Assembly: GCA_965230625.1 (NCBI GenBank)
Contig: CBDDLL010000001.1
Span: 522,689-586,688 of the forward strand
Length of the DNA: 64,000 bases
Direction: 5' to 3'
DNA from: Saccharicrinis sp.
Lineage (GTDB): Bacteria; Bacteroidota; Bacteroidia; Bacteroidales; Marinilabiliaceae
The notes beneath the pieces were generated by a model. The model was not told the DNA's origin. It worked only from the letters and a program-made list of their open reading frames with translations, and ran no database searches. Position numbers and translations under genes: made by a program. Each line of letters starts with the position of its first letter. Position 1 is the first letter of the stretch. Shown piece by piece: positions 49,701 to 59,963 of this stretch.

Positions 49701-50687
49701 GTTTGTTCCGTTATCAGAAAATAATATTTTACCCCCATTTTTCCCGGTTGGACTTTCATTAGACCCTACATAAAGGCGATTATCCGCTCCTATTTCTATA
49801 TCAGCGGGTGTTATTACTTCTCCATCTGCAGATGGAAATACCTGTGTAAAAGAACTTCCTCCATTTGTTGACCGGTATAAGCCTTGATTGTTTGAACCTG
49901 CTTGAACAGTTCCTTGGTAGTCCTGAGTAGCTACCGCCACATATAATACACTGTTTCCTGATTCATTGCGTACAGCAATGTCATTAATGTATTTATAATT
50001 TTCGGTTCCTGTTATGTGGTTCCAGTTAGCACCACCATCGGTTGTTTTCCAAATGCCACCTCCAATAGACGATTGTGTTTTCCATCCTTCTCCAGTACCT
50101 GCATAAAATACTTGGGTATTGTTAGGATCGTAAGCAATACAGCTTATGGCAATATTATCAAGAAAATCGTTAACAGGTGTCCACTCCGATGTGGCGTTTG
50201 TAATATCATTGTTATACCATATTCCTCCGGTGGCACCTCCTGCCCATACTTTTTTTAGTGTAGCATCATTAGGGTCGAACATTAAAGCACGGGTACGTCC
50301 GCCAACATTGTACGGACCACGTTCTTCCCATGGGTGTTGCTCAACACCTACTGATTTTAGGCTACTAAATGATTTTACCCTTTTATAGGCTTTCATTAGA
50401 CGCTCCGTTGCTGGGCGGCCTAAAGCAGGATCGAGAGTTTCTAAATAGTTTTGCTTCCAAGCTAAATCAGGACGATCATGTTTTGGCATACTTTTGATTT
50501 GTTCAGAAGTAAGAGCCAAATGCTCAGGATTGTGAATACCTAAAGATTCCAGATACTGTGCGTATCGATCATGTTTGTTCAATAAACGATAAGTTTTAGA
50601 AAAATAAGAAGTAAGAAAAATTGCACCTGTTGTAAATCCTAATAACAACAGTACAATTGCATTTCGCGAAAAGAGTTTTCGTTTCAT
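46800..50687 (-). CDS. Large T9SS-secreted multidomain protein: BNR/Asp-box (sortilin/VPS10-like) propellers, MAM-like, PKD, GEVED-like domains, Por C-terminal sorting domain
   Basis: Asp-box repeats (TTDGGANW, STNGGSSF, STNKGVSW, TADGGSSW). PKD signature (ADFSAD...VTFTDQS...WSWTFDGG...YNVTLTATN). C-terminal VVYPNPASSVVNI...LKV tail typical of T9SS type A sorting domains. Confidence 0.75.
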   Translation of the reverse strand: MKRKLFSRNAIVLLLLGFTTGAIFLTSYFSKTYRLLNKHDRYAQYLESLGIHNPEHLALTSEQIKSMPKHDRPDLAWKQNYLETLDPALGRPATERLMKAYKRVKSFSSLKSVGVEQHPWEERGPYNVGGRTRALMFDPNDATLKKVWAGGATGGIWYNNDITNATSEWTPVNDFLDNIAISCIAYDPNNTQVFYAGTGEGWKTQSSIGGGIWKTTDGGANWNHITGTENYKYINDIAVRNESGNSVLYVAVATQDYQGTVQAGSNNQGLYRSTNGGSSFTQVFPSADGEVITPADIEIGADNRLYVGSNESPTGKNGGKILFSDNGTNWTSHTFLPTDAGRVEIAVAPSNANYVYAVAAGQWDVEGIYFSTNKGVSWNNAISMPTDHAMGEDFSRSQAWYDLIIQVDPNDEETLYLGVINMYRTNDATQSWEQLSSYPYPSLHSDQHAIVFRGNSSSEAIFGNDGGIYYSNNLTSGSHSFELMNNRYNVTQYYACAIHPGNGSNYFLAGCQDNGSQQFDGAGIDVTRTVGGGDGCFTFIDKDNPNIQIVSAQTLYYKVSNNGGSSFSVVQNESGGQFINPAAYDHNLNILYTTFSNSELNKISDVGSNNTIGKVPVNLGTHFYYDKSSCLTVSPYTTASTTIFAGTGTGKLFKITNANTSTPSQTEITGANFPTGTIKCVEIGANENEIVAIFSNYGVVSVWYTADGGSSWTNKEGNLPDMPVRWALFNPLDRNEMILATDVGVWTSTNFNDTSPNWIPSNSGLANVRVDMLKYRSSDHMVLAATYGRGLFTSDGFKDSGSTGGSCATLPYSEDLESGVGNFVQQTGDDLDWTHQTGSTPSQNTGASSAVEGSYYLYVESSSPNNPDKVANIDSECFDLSSINSAELSFKYHMYGSAMGTLNIQVSTNDGANWNTEWTKSGDQGNNWLSASVDLSSYINQSNVKIRFNAITGSGYTSDICIDNISLTSGTAVSVPVADFSADAVAIVEGGSVTFTDQSTNSPTSWSWTFDGGTPASSTVESPTVTYNTAGTYNVTLTATNAGGTDTEIKTGYITVTEATCSYCNSSSGNAGEEWISNVSFNTLDNSENTTSGYEDFTSKSTNVVIGNTYTLSVSAGSTGNWTENYWAFIDWNQDCDFNDAGESYDLGQASGANTRTLEIIVPSGALVGNTRMRISLEYNGDPTACEASFNYGQVEDYNLNVSNGELRSSVYKDTFKEHDFVVYPNPASSVVNIKAKSKILSAEIYTLDGIKKDYIHNKQSSNYMNIKLNRISRGIYILKVRTNDQKKEFRLIIK

Positions 50688-51004
50688 TTTAAATTTTAAT
50701 TAGATTAGAAATTAAATTAAGCTCATCGATTGGATAATCGAAGGGGAGCATCAATTGTGGTGGGAACAGCTAATCTTAGTTAATGTCGGAATGGTATTTA
50801 TTGTTTCGATAAACCTATTGCAGTAGGTTTGTGGTACCAAAAATTATTGTAAGTCAGGGTCTGAAACACTGTCAAACCCAGACTTTAAATCAGATGTATA
50901 TTTGGAATAGATTATTGGAATCATGTATGAATTATCTCGTATTAATAATAACTAAACTATATTCAAGCTTTTTTTCTAGTATGTTATAACATATCAATAA
51001 GACA

Positions 51005-52213
51005 TTATAAAGCATCTATACCCTTTTTTACATTAGTAACTGTAGGATGTGTATTATTACCTCCAGCTTTTCCGTTAGCATCTAAAAAAATATTAAAATG
51101 TTTTAATGCCGCTTCTTTGTCCTTTGTTGTAAGATATAGCTTAGCCAGTAAGAAGTTTCCCATAATTAGTCCTTGCTTATCTTCAGCTAGTTGATGTGCC
51201 ATTTTTAAAGTTTTGTCCAAAATTTCTTTTGAAGAACTTAACTTTGGGTTTCGTACTACTTCATCGCCAATTTGATGGATTATAAAAACATAGCTTGATT
51301 CGCTTTTACGTTCTTGGGCATCTTTTAATTTTAAATCAAACCATGTTTGTAATTGATTATTGTTAATGTAAAAAGAATATTGTAGTTCCTCTTCAAATTT
51401 ATCCTGACGAGGTGAAACGTGTACTTCTTTGCACTTATTTATTTCATTTTGTAAGTCTGTTAAACTTGTACAAGTTTTTATATATTCCTTTAAATGCGAA
51501 CCAATTGCTCTTTCAATTACTTTATCAAACTCATTAGCTTCAACCTTGGTTTTAATAGCTTTTTTATTTTTTGTTAGGTATTTAAATTCTGAACTATTAT
51601 ACCCTATTTTGGCATCTGCAACAACATAAAATAACTCTTTGGAAAGGAATCTATTTAATGAATATTTTTTTATCAATTCATTGGATACAATTGGGATATT
51701 TACTCTATCATATTGTCTTTTAAGAGCAGTTAGGTATGTCATTAAAAACTCATAATTTCTATTGCCATCTTCATATTTTGCTTTTAAAGCTCCTATTCTC
51801 AAACTAGGATCAATTGCTCCTTTAGCTCCTTCAATCAACTCTTCAGCAGCCATACCGCCTACTAATTTATGAACAACAACTCCTTTTTCATCAATAAACA
51901 GTAATGTAGGAAAAGATGAGACACCATATTTTTTACAAAGATCAACACCTTCACCTTTTTCCATATTCATTTTTTGGTTCACAAAGTGTTGATTGAAAAA
52001 GTCGCTTACCTGCTTCTGTGGAAAAATATTTTTGGCCAGGTATTTACAAGGGCCACACCAGGTTGTGTAGCAATCCATAAAAATGAGTTTGTTCTCTTTT
52101 TTCGCTTTTTCTAATGCTTCTCTAAATGTGCCATGTTCAAAATTGATTCCTTGAGCATTATTTTTAGTTAGATAAGCAAGTAAAAGCACTAAAATTAATA
52201 ATATTGTTTTCAT
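51005..52213 (-). CDS. Secreted thioredoxin-fold protein with C-terminal helical domain
   Basis: Signal peptide. CxxC active site in FMDCYTTWCGPCKYL. Confidence 0.7.
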   Translation of the reverse strand: MKTILLILVLLLAYLTKNNAQGINFEHGTFREALEKAKKENKLIFMDCYTTWCGPCKYLAKNIFPQKQVSDFFNQHFVNQKMNMEKGEGVDLCKKYGVSSFPTLLFIDEKGVVVHKLVGGMAAEELIEGAKGAIDPSLRIGALKAKYEDGNRNYEFLMTYLTALKRQYDRVNIPIVSNELIKKYSLNRFLSKELFYVVADAKIGYNSSEFKYLTKNKKAIKTKVEANEFDKVIERAIGSHLKEYIKTCTSLTDLQNEINKCKEVHVSPRQDKFEEELQYSFYINNNQLQTWFDLKLKDAQERKSESSYVFIIHQIGDEVVRNPKLSSSKEILDKTLKMAHQLAEDKQGLIMGNFLLAKLYLTTKDKEAALKHFNIFLDANGKAGGNNTHPTVTNVKKGIDAL

Positions 52214-52395
52214 CTATATAGAATTATAATTTCATTTATCTAGTATAACTCTTGAGTAAATTTTAATCAAAGCATGCATACAACTTTTTAAAAAATATTG
52301 ATACACAGAACTTTTCTTTTTCAGTCATTAAGTAGAGTGAAAACAAAGCAGCATTTACCATTCAATATTTCACTCTTTTACCTTGTCACAATTTC

Positions 52396-53766
52396 CTACA
52401 TCACTTTATCCATGATCCTTCTAGTCTTTTTATCAGAAGGGAATGGAGCGTTGAAATTAACCAGCTTACCTTTAGAATCTATAATGATATAACGAGGGGC
52501 ATAACCAATACGGTAATCTTTGTTGAATTGAGATTTATGACCATCCTTTACAATAAACTGACGATCTAAATGCCCAAGCTCTTTGGCCTTGGCTTGCCAT
52601 TTTTCATTATCTGTATCTAATGAAACCATAAGGAAAATCCAGTTTTTATTCTTATAGTCTTTTTCTAATTCATGAACTGCAGGCATTTCTGCAATACATT
52701 TTCCACAGTAAGTAGCCCATACATCAATGTAAATCTTTTTGCCTTTGTAGTCTGTCAAACTATGAATTCTCCCATCCATATCTATCAATTCAATCTCAGG
52801 AGCTGGTTTTCCAGGACCTAATAGAGAAATTTCTTCTACTTTTGCTAACAACTCAGTTTTAACATTATTATCTAAGCAGTTTTTATTAAAATAATCAAGT
52901 ATAGGCTGAATGTTAGCATCTGAATATTCATTCAATTGCATCTGCAGAAGGTATTGCGCTGCTATAGACTTAACTTTTGGATTATAAATTATTTTCTTAA
53001 CCATCTCAAGATTGCCAATTGACGATGGATTGGGTATTTCCGAATAATTGGCTTTATGTAACTTTCCATAGTTGTACAATATAACTCCCAACAGGCTTTG
53101 TCCATAGGTGGCTATTTCATCTTTATTTAATACCTCTTTGTTAACAATCGAGTTTGTAAAAGAAGGAATTTCATCTGGAGCATCTTTATAGGAATAAGCA
53201 GCATTCATAAAAGGATAAGACACTAATCGGTTATATACCCAATATTTTGATAACATTCGTTCTTCATCTATCCATTCTTGATCAACTACTTTATTTTTAA
53301 GCAAATCTTCTAAATGAAAATCAGTTCTTTTAATAACCTCATCCATTTGATTTTTAAAAGTAAGACTATCCATAAGACTTTCATCTTTGCTCCAGCTATT
53401 TCTAAATGTTTGTGCTTTAAATATGTTATATTTATTTTGTGCATCGAACTTACCTCCTTTCAATACAATGTTGCTTCCGTTTTTTCCTTCTAATGAAATA
53501 TTAACATTATCGCCTCCTTTAATTTTTAGGTTTAACCGATAACCATTTAAAAAATAGTTGATCTCTTGTATACTATCGGTGGTATAATTAAATATGTGTT
53601 GACCACCTGGTGAAATTGATATATTTGCAGTATTAACTTGACTTATAAGCTTTATGTCTTTCGAACAATCATCACTTACATCTATTGTTATTGTTACTTT
53701 ATCAGATTGAACTTTGCATGAATTAAAAACGAGTACTATTATTGATATTAATGCTGCTATTTTCAT
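52396..53766 (-). CDS. TlpA/redoxin-family thiol:disulfide oxidoreductase with long N-terminal domain
   Basis: C-terminal redoxin domain with YIDVWATYCGKCIAEMP (CxxC). Confidence 0.7.
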   Translation of the reverse strand: MKIAALISIIVLVFNSCKVQSDKVTITIDVSDDCSKDIKLISQVNTANISISPGGQHIFNYTTDSIQEINYFLNGYRLNLKIKGGDNVNISLEGKNGSNIVLKGGKFDAQNKYNIFKAQTFRNSWSKDESLMDSLTFKNQMDEVIKRTDFHLEDLLKNKVVDQEWIDEERMLSKYWVYNRLVSYPFMNAAYSYKDAPDEIPSFTNSIVNKEVLNKDEIATYGQSLLGVILYNYGKLHKANYSEIPNPSSIGNLEMVKKIIYNPKVKSIAAQYLLQMQLNEYSDANIQPILDYFNKNCLDNNVKTELLAKVEEISLLGPGKPAPEIELIDMDGRIHSLTDYKGKKIYIDVWATYCGKCIAEMPAVHELEKDYKNKNWIFLMVSLDTDNEKWQAKAKELGHLDRQFIVKDGHKSQFNKDYRIGYAPRYIIIDSKGKLVNFNAPFPSDKKTRRIMDKVM

Positions 53767-53793
53767 TGTTATAACATTCTGTTTTAATTAATA

Positions 53794-54852
53794 CTAGTTG
53801 ACTTTAAAACCATGATTAGCTAGTTCATCCCATATGGCTTGACCATGCATTTGTTTGGCCAATATTTTTCCTTCAGGAGAAATTAGTAGAATATGTGGAA
53901 TTGCAGTTACATTATATGCCTTAGATACTTCCTTAGTATCCCTAGCTTGCAACCATGGCATTCGTTCTTGCTCAACAGCCTTTAACCACGCTGATTCTTT
54001 GGTGTCAGTAGAAATACTTAAGATTTCTAAGCCTTTGGAATGAAAAGCTTCGTAAATCTTTTTAAGATTAGGAATCTCTTTACGGCATGGTCCGCACCAT
54101 GATGCCCAAAAATCAATTAACATGTACTTACCTTTATATTTTGAAACAGAAATATCATCTCCACTTAGTGCTGTTAATGTGAAACTTGGAGCTAGTTGTC
54201 CAATGGCTGTTTTTTTCTCAGTATCTCTTCGTCTAATTAAATTAGACAAATAATAACTTTGATGAATTTCGGTTGAAAACGAAGTAATTATATGCTCTAA
54301 TGTGGCTAAATCAGCTCCCCAATATTTTTCATAAAACAACTGTGAAAGTGGGATACTAGAAGAGTGGTTGTTAACTAAATTCCAGAGTTGGGCTTCATAT
54401 TCATCCTTAATTTTTTGCTCTTCCTGGCTTAATTGCTTTTTATACTTTAATTTTTGGTAAGATTTATAGTTCAATTCCTTTAATAGTTTGTGGTATTCAT
54501 TATCTATTTTGGAATTCATTACCACTACTTCTCCATCTACTTCCTTTATAGTAATATTTCCCGGTTCTGAGAAAAGATCATACGATTTTCTTCCTTCTTT
54601 CAAATTAAAATACATACGACGTAATGCCTTCTCTGCATCTATTTTAACTTCGAATTTCCCATTTACAACTTTAGATTTATATCCTAAGCTATCTGCTTCT
54701 TCTCTTGAATGAACTTCTTGATATGGATAGATAACCAATTCCCCGTTACCTCCTGAAAGTTGTCCTTTAATAATGCATGTATTAGGCTTTGGTGTACAGG
54801 AAAAAAGCACTGCAAGCACTAACACTGCAATCAGACTTTTATTGTTAGTCAT
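53794..54852 (-). CDS. TlpA/ResA-like thiol:disulfide oxidoreductase lipoprotein
   Basis: Start chosen at MTNNKSLIAVLVLAVLFSC (lipobox). LIDFWASWCGPCRKEIP active site. Confidence 0.75.
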   Translation of the reverse strand: MTNNKSLIAVLVLAVLFSCTPKPNTCIIKGQLSGGNGELVIYPYQEVHSREEADSLGYKSKVVNGKFEVKIDAEKALRRMYFNLKEGRKSYDLFSEPGNITIKEVDGEVVVMNSKIDNEYHKLLKELNYKSYQKLKYKKQLSQEEQKIKDEYEAQLWNLVNNHSSSIPLSQLFYEKYWGADLATLEHIITSFSTEIHQSYYLSNLIRRRDTEKKTAIGQLAPSFTLTALSGDDISVSKYKGKYMLIDFWASWCGPCRKEIPNLKKIYEAFHSKGLEILSISTDTKESAWLKAVEQERMPWLQARDTKEVSKAYNVTAIPHILLISPEGKILAKQMHGQAIWDELANHGFKVN

Positions 54853-54955
54853 ATTGTTAATATTTTTGAGGATTCCACTCAAAGTGAAATCCCCAAGATT
54901 CATTAATTATTTTTTTGTAGAGATATTAAAAAGATTAGCTTTAACTCTAATACAA

Positions 54956-56353
54956 TTATCTTGGATTTTGCTCAATCTCAGAATTTTTACTCCTGTACAG
55001 TTCTCCAATTGGTAATACCCACTTGTTATCTCCAGGAGCTAATGTATAAGGTGTACCTTTTACAGTACGAGTAATACTAATATTGGCATCATCATTCTCA
55101 TTATATCTTTTAAGGTCAAACCAGCGAACACCTTTAAAAGCTAACTCTCTTCTTCTCTCTTCTTTAACAAGTAATAATGCCTCCTCTTTATTAGCTGCAG
55201 AGACAGGTGTATATGTTCCCGTCTCGTAACGTTTTTCTCCTAAGAAATCAAGATCTTCCATTGCTTTGTTAATTTCACCATTTCTTGCATTACACTCAGC
55301 TCGGGTTAATAACATCTCGGTTGTTGACAACCCATACTGTCGTCCAGATAAATACTCAGTGATATACAACTTACTCTCGTAAGGAGGAAACCATTCGTCA
55401 TAGTATAAACCTGTATATCTCAAATCATTGGTTTTATCATACAAACTCTCTAATTCAGGACTAGGGTAAATTAATTTATATGGATTACTCGCTGTTTTTA
55501 ATAACAACACTTCTTCATTTTCATATCCATCTGGCAAATCTACAACTGTTGCATACCATCTGTTCTTCGGCAATTCATTATAATCATATACAAAACTTTT
55601 ATACTTGAGCGACTCTTCTGAATTAATTAATGCATTTGTATAATCACCTATTAATAAATAAGCCCTAGATAATAAAGCGTAAGCAGCTGCCTTTGATGGT
55701 CGTAAATTAAAATCATTAACATCAGGGAGAAAATCAACCACTTCTTGAACATCATTAAGGATTAAATTATATGCATCCTGAACCGATGAACGCTTTAGAG
55801 AACCCTCCAGAACTGGTTCAAATAACATGGGAATTCCTAAATCAGTACTAGCAGATGAACTATTATAATGCTTTGAATATAAATTAACCAAAATAAGATA
55901 ACAATATGCTCTTTGAACTTTTGCCTCAGCATATAGTTGATTCTTTTCTGTAACATCACCTTCTGCATCATAGATTTCATCTATTACAACGTTAGCAACA
56001 CTAATTTGCGAATACAATGCTTGCCAATCACCATCCGATTCCGTGGATAAGTAAATATGATCCTTCCATGTATAAGCATTTCGATCATTTTCTCCCATGT
56101 TTTCATCAAAATTATCATCACTCATAATCACATCATCACTCATGAAGAGCATATTGCCATACGACTCTTCAAAACCATTTGAAGCTCCCCTGGAAACTCT
56201 CTGATCTAACAGTAATCGGTAGTCTTCTGTCTTTGTTGGTATTATTTTCCCTTTTGGAACTATTTCTAACCAATCGTCGCATGCACTTAAGGTTACTAAA
56301 GCACAAACTATATATACTAATTTTTTCATCATTGTTAATGTTTTGTTTATCAA
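54956..56353 (-). CDS. SusD/RagB-family nutrient-binding outer-membrane lipoprotein
   Basis: Lipobox (LVTLSACDD), TPR-like helical content and a conserved RRRELAFKGVRWFDLKR motif. It lies directly downstream of SusC. Confidence 0.8.
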   Translation of the reverse strand: MINKTLTMMKKLVYIVCALVTLSACDDWLEIVPKGKIIPTKTEDYRLLLDQRVSRGASNGFEESYGNMLFMSDDVIMSDDNFDENMGENDRNAYTWKDHIYLSTESDGDWQALYSQISVANVVIDEIYDAEGDVTEKNQLYAEAKVQRAYCYLILVNLYSKHYNSSSASTDLGIPMLFEPVLEGSLKRSSVQDAYNLILNDVQEVVDFLPDVNDFNLRPSKAAAYALLSRAYLLIGDYTNALINSEESLKYKSFVYDYNELPKNRWYATVVDLPDGYENEEVLLLKTASNPYKLIYPSPELESLYDKTNDLRYTGLYYDEWFPPYESKLYITEYLSGRQYGLSTTEMLLTRAECNARNGEINKAMEDLDFLGEKRYETGTYTPVSAANKEEALLLVKEERRRELAFKGVRWFDLKRYNENDDANISITRTVKGTPYTLAPGDNKWVLPIGELYRSKNSEIEQNPR

Positions 56354-56365
56354 GAATTTTAATTG

Positions 56366-59300
56366 CTAAAAAGTAGCTTTTAAACTTAAACTAAACTCTG
56401 GCCTACGAGGAAGATCAGTTCCATCAATTGTAGCTTGATTTTCAGGATCAATATCTTTATCATTAAATACTATTACACCTACATTACGAACCTGACCTCC
56501 AATACTTAACCGTGATAACCCAATAGGTTCTAATAGTCTTTTGGGTAAATCGTATGATGCTGTAATTTCAGTAAAACGTATGTGAGATGCAGATTCAACT
56601 GTATTATCTGATCTTGTAGTATAACCACTGAAAAAACCAGTATAATCAGAAGTAAGATCCATCAAACGAGGCACATCAGTTACATCCTCATCCCCAGGCT
56701 TTTGCCATCTTTTTTCAAAGTCAGAATGAACATGATTCTTGTAATAACTAGTAGTAATATCAGTTGGATTTAGGGTTTTAACCCTGAAAACATGTCCGAT
56801 TTTATATGTTAAGAGCGTGGTTAAACTTATATTTTTAAAAGAGAACGTGTTTTTCCAGCTACCATAATATCTTGGAGTTAATGACCCTTCGTACTTCAAA
56901 GCACTAACTTCAGTTAATTCTGTATTAAAATCTATAACATCACCATTTTCATTAAATATTTGGGGCGCACCTTCTGATGATAAACCAGCCCACCTATAAC
57001 TGTACATATAGCTTAATGGCTTATCTTTCATAGGATCACCAGAGAAATAACCGCTCACTGTTTCATCTGGAAATTCAACCTTCTCTACCACATTTTTATT
57101 ATGGCTAAAATTTAATACAGTTATCCAACTAATTGTTTTCTTTATTGGGCGTACTCCAATACTAGCATCAATACCTTTATTGGACATTTCACCGGCATTT
57201 ACTAATGCAGAAGAATAACCATAAGTTGCATTTAATGCCACATTTGATAATAGATCTGTACTGTATTTATCATAGTATTCTAAAGAGCCAAATAAGGAAT
57301 TACCCCAAAAGCTATAATCAACACCAACATTAAATATTTTAGTCTTTTCCCACCTTAGTTCAGGATTTTTTGGGTTATTTACGTAAGCGTATTGCCTATC
57401 TGTTCGCCAATCCCTAGTAATATTGGCAATTAGATAAGGACTTGTTGACCTGTCTATATTTCCAGCAGTACCAATGGAAGCTCTGATAGCTAAACGATCT
57501 ATAAAATCAACATTAATAAAACCTTCCTGATGAAGCTGCCAATTAATCCCTAAAGACCACAAAGGAACATTTCTATATTTATTTGTTGCACCGAACAAAT
57601 TTGAATCATCTAAACGAGAACTGGCGGTAAAAGTATATTTTGAGTCGAAAGTATAAGCCACATTTCCATAGTATGATGCGTACCTATCTTTATTATAACT
57701 AAATCCTGCAGAATCTGGTATTTTTCGTTTCCGACCAGTTATAGCTTGGGTATAGTCTTCGCCATGATTTACAAGTGCATATGACAAAGATTGAGAATCA
57801 AAACCATATTTATGTAGTCTTGAAAATTCGGTTTCATATTCCCTTAACTCAATACCTGCAAATGCATTTATTTGATGTTTTTCTTCAATCGTCCTGTTAA
57901 AATTTAATTGTCCACGAGTTGTCCATGAGGCATAATTTGTAAAAGATTCTCTTATTGCACTTCCATCCGGAAAGTTTGAAACCAATTCATTTTCTTCTGT
58001 ATCAAAATATGTAAATTGATTATAAAGATCTCTTATATAGTAGGTATCCTCATTATAAAATCTTCTTTCTTTTTTATCCCCCCATTCATATAAAAATTTG
58101 GTATCTAGATCCAAACCTTTCATCAGCTTAATATTCAGGCCAACATTTAGCCTAAGGTCAACTTTCTTGTTTTTATGATCGTTATTTTCATATTCTCGAT
58201 ATAAATTATAATCCCAATCAACATAACCTTGCTCTACTAATTCTTCTTTTGTATCCTGATAATAACTTTTTGGTTGCGCTACATAATTTCCATTTTCATC
58301 AAGAATTGTTTGATAATTTGGAGTTTCTTTTAAATTTGAATAAGCAACACCATTTGTTTTATTATTTTGAATAATTGCAGATATACCACCGTTAAATTTC
58401 AACCAATCTCTCAATTCAGTTGTATAGCGAAGGCTTGTAGTAATTCGCTCATAATTGTGACCCTTTATCTGATTATGGTTTTTGTCATAATTAATGGAAC
58501 TGTTATAAGTGCTCTTTTCACCACCTCCATAAATGGATAAATTGTATTGCTGACGAATTTCTTTTCTCATAAACAGCTTTTCAAATTCATCCCTTACATC
58601 AACTCCTTTTAATTTAGCTATTTCTCGTTCAGCTTCTTCTGGTGAAATAAGTCCCGCATTTAATTTTAAGTAAGTATCCATCCCCTGAGTCAAGGCAGGT
58701 TGTTGGGCACCTGATGGTAATTCTTGCCACTCATTATTTGCTTTATGTTGCTCAAACTCTAAAAATGAATCTGTTGATAAGTAAGGTATCTCTTTAAGGT
58801 CATCATGATTCCTAACAGATAAACTTGTCATGAATTCTACAGTTGGTGCCTTCTTTTTTCCGCTCTTTTTTGAAACTATCACAACAACTCCATTAGCTGC
58901 GCGAGCTCCCCAAATGGATGCTGCAGCTGCATCTTTTAAAACTGTAATGCTTTCAATATCATTAGGATTTATAGTTTCCAACCCTCCTTGAATTGGAAAA
59001 CCATCAAGAACATAAAGAGGTTCTTCATATCCATCTACATCATTAGGATTTAGAGTACTAACCCCCCTAATATTAATTGTACCATCGCTATTAAATAAAA
59101 CACCTGGTGTTTCTCCATTTAATCTTGAAATGATATTTCTTGTAATCTTAGATTCTAATCGTTTAGCATCAACTTTTTCAAACGAACCTGATGCTCTCTC
59201 TTTTGAAAGAATCTGATATCCAGTAACAACAACCTCATCCATCCCTTGTAATTCTGATTGCATTGTCAGATTTATCTCTGTTAAACCATCAAATACAATT

Positions 59301-59878
59301 TCCTGAGTTTTCATCCCTACAAATGAAAATATTAAAGTGTACCCATTTTCGATTTCTTCACTTAATCTATACTTTCCATCAATATCAGTAATTGTACCTA
59401 AGGTTAACTCTTTAACAATTATATTAACACCTGGAATTGGGATATCATCTTCATCCTTAACTGTACCAGTAATTGTAACCTTTTGTTGTTGAGCAACCTC
59501 AGCAGAAGTACTTTCTTCTTTACCTGGCTTAATTACTACGTAATAATCGGAAATTTCAAAATCGTACTCCGAGTCTTTTAAAATTTTGCTTAGTGCATCT
59601 TTTAGCAATTCGTTCTCAAATTGAGCTGTTACCAATAGATCTTGATCCAGGCTTTCTTCGTTATACACAAAGTACATACCTGTTTGATCTTTAATTTGTC
59701 TAAACACTTCACGAATAGCCTCGTTCTCTACATTTAAACTAACTTTACCTTGGGAATAACCAATAGCGGAGAGTTGGGTTAGGCTTACAAATAGAAGCAT
59801 GAAACACATTTTCATAACCAAAAAAATTTTATGCGAGAAATACCTCTTATACCTCCGCAGTAGTGCAAGTTTTTTCAT
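56366..59878 (-). CDS. SusC/RagA-type TonB-dependent receptor with N-terminal signalling (STN-like) extension
   Basis: N-terminal extension of the kind seen downstream of FecR-type anti-sigma genes, a CarboxypepD_reg-like segment (TITGTVKDEDDIPIPGVNIIV), plug motifs and a terminal ...SLSLKATF. Confidence 0.85.
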   Translation of the reverse strand: MKKLALLRRYKRYFSHKIFLVMKMCFMLLFVSLTQLSAIGYSQGKVSLNVENEAIREVFRQIKDQTGMYFVYNEESLDQDLLVTAQFENELLKDALSKILKDSEYDFEISDYYVVIKPGKEESTSAEVAQQQKVTITGTVKDEDDIPIPGVNIIVKELTLGTITDIDGKYRLSEEIENGYTLIFSFVGMKTQEIVFDGLTEINLTMQSELQGMDEVVVTGYQILSKERASGSFEKVDAKRLESKITRNIISRLNGETPGVLFNSDGTINIRGVSTLNPNDVDGYEEPLYVLDGFPIQGGLETINPNDIESITVLKDAAAASIWGARAANGVVVIVSKKSGKKKAPTVEFMTSLSVRNHDDLKEIPYLSTDSFLEFEQHKANNEWQELPSGAQQPALTQGMDTYLKLNAGLISPEEAEREIAKLKGVDVRDEFEKLFMRKEIRQQYNLSIYGGGEKSTYNSSINYDKNHNQIKGHNYERITTSLRYTTELRDWLKFNGGISAIIQNNKTNGVAYSNLKETPNYQTILDENGNYVAQPKSYYQDTKEELVEQGYVDWDYNLYREYENNDHKNKKVDLRLNVGLNIKLMKGLDLDTKFLYEWGDKKERRFYNEDTYYIRDLYNQFTYFDTEENELVSNFPDGSAIRESFTNYASWTTRGQLNFNRTIEEKHQINAFAGIELREYETEFSRLHKYGFDSQSLSYALVNHGEDYTQAITGRKRKIPDSAGFSYNKDRYASYYGNVAYTFDSKYTFTASSRLDDSNLFGATNKYRNVPLWSLGINWQLHQEGFINVDFIDRLAIRASIGTAGNIDRSTSPYLIANITRDWRTDRQYAYVNNPKNPELRWEKTKIFNVGVDYSFWGNSLFGSLEYYDKYSTDLLSNVALNATYGYSSALVNAGEMSNKGIDASIGVRPIKKTISWITVLNFSHNKNVVEKVEFPDETVSGYFSGDPMKDKPLSYMYSYRWAGLSSEGAPQIFNENGDVIDFNTELTEVSALKYEGSLTPRYYGSWKNTFSFKNISLTTLLTYKIGHVFRVKTLNPTDITTSYYKNHVHSDFEKRWQKPGDEDVTDVPRLMDLTSDYTGFFSGYTTRSDNTVESASHIRFTEITASYDLPKRLLEPIGLSRLSIGGQVRNVGVIVFNDKDIDPENQATIDGTDLPRRPEFSLSLKATF

Positions 59879-59963
59879 AATTTTGTACTATTAGATTAGA
59901 AATAAATGCCTTGCAGGGCATTTTGTAATTGCAGGAGGTGTTGCAGCATCTCCTGTTTTATTT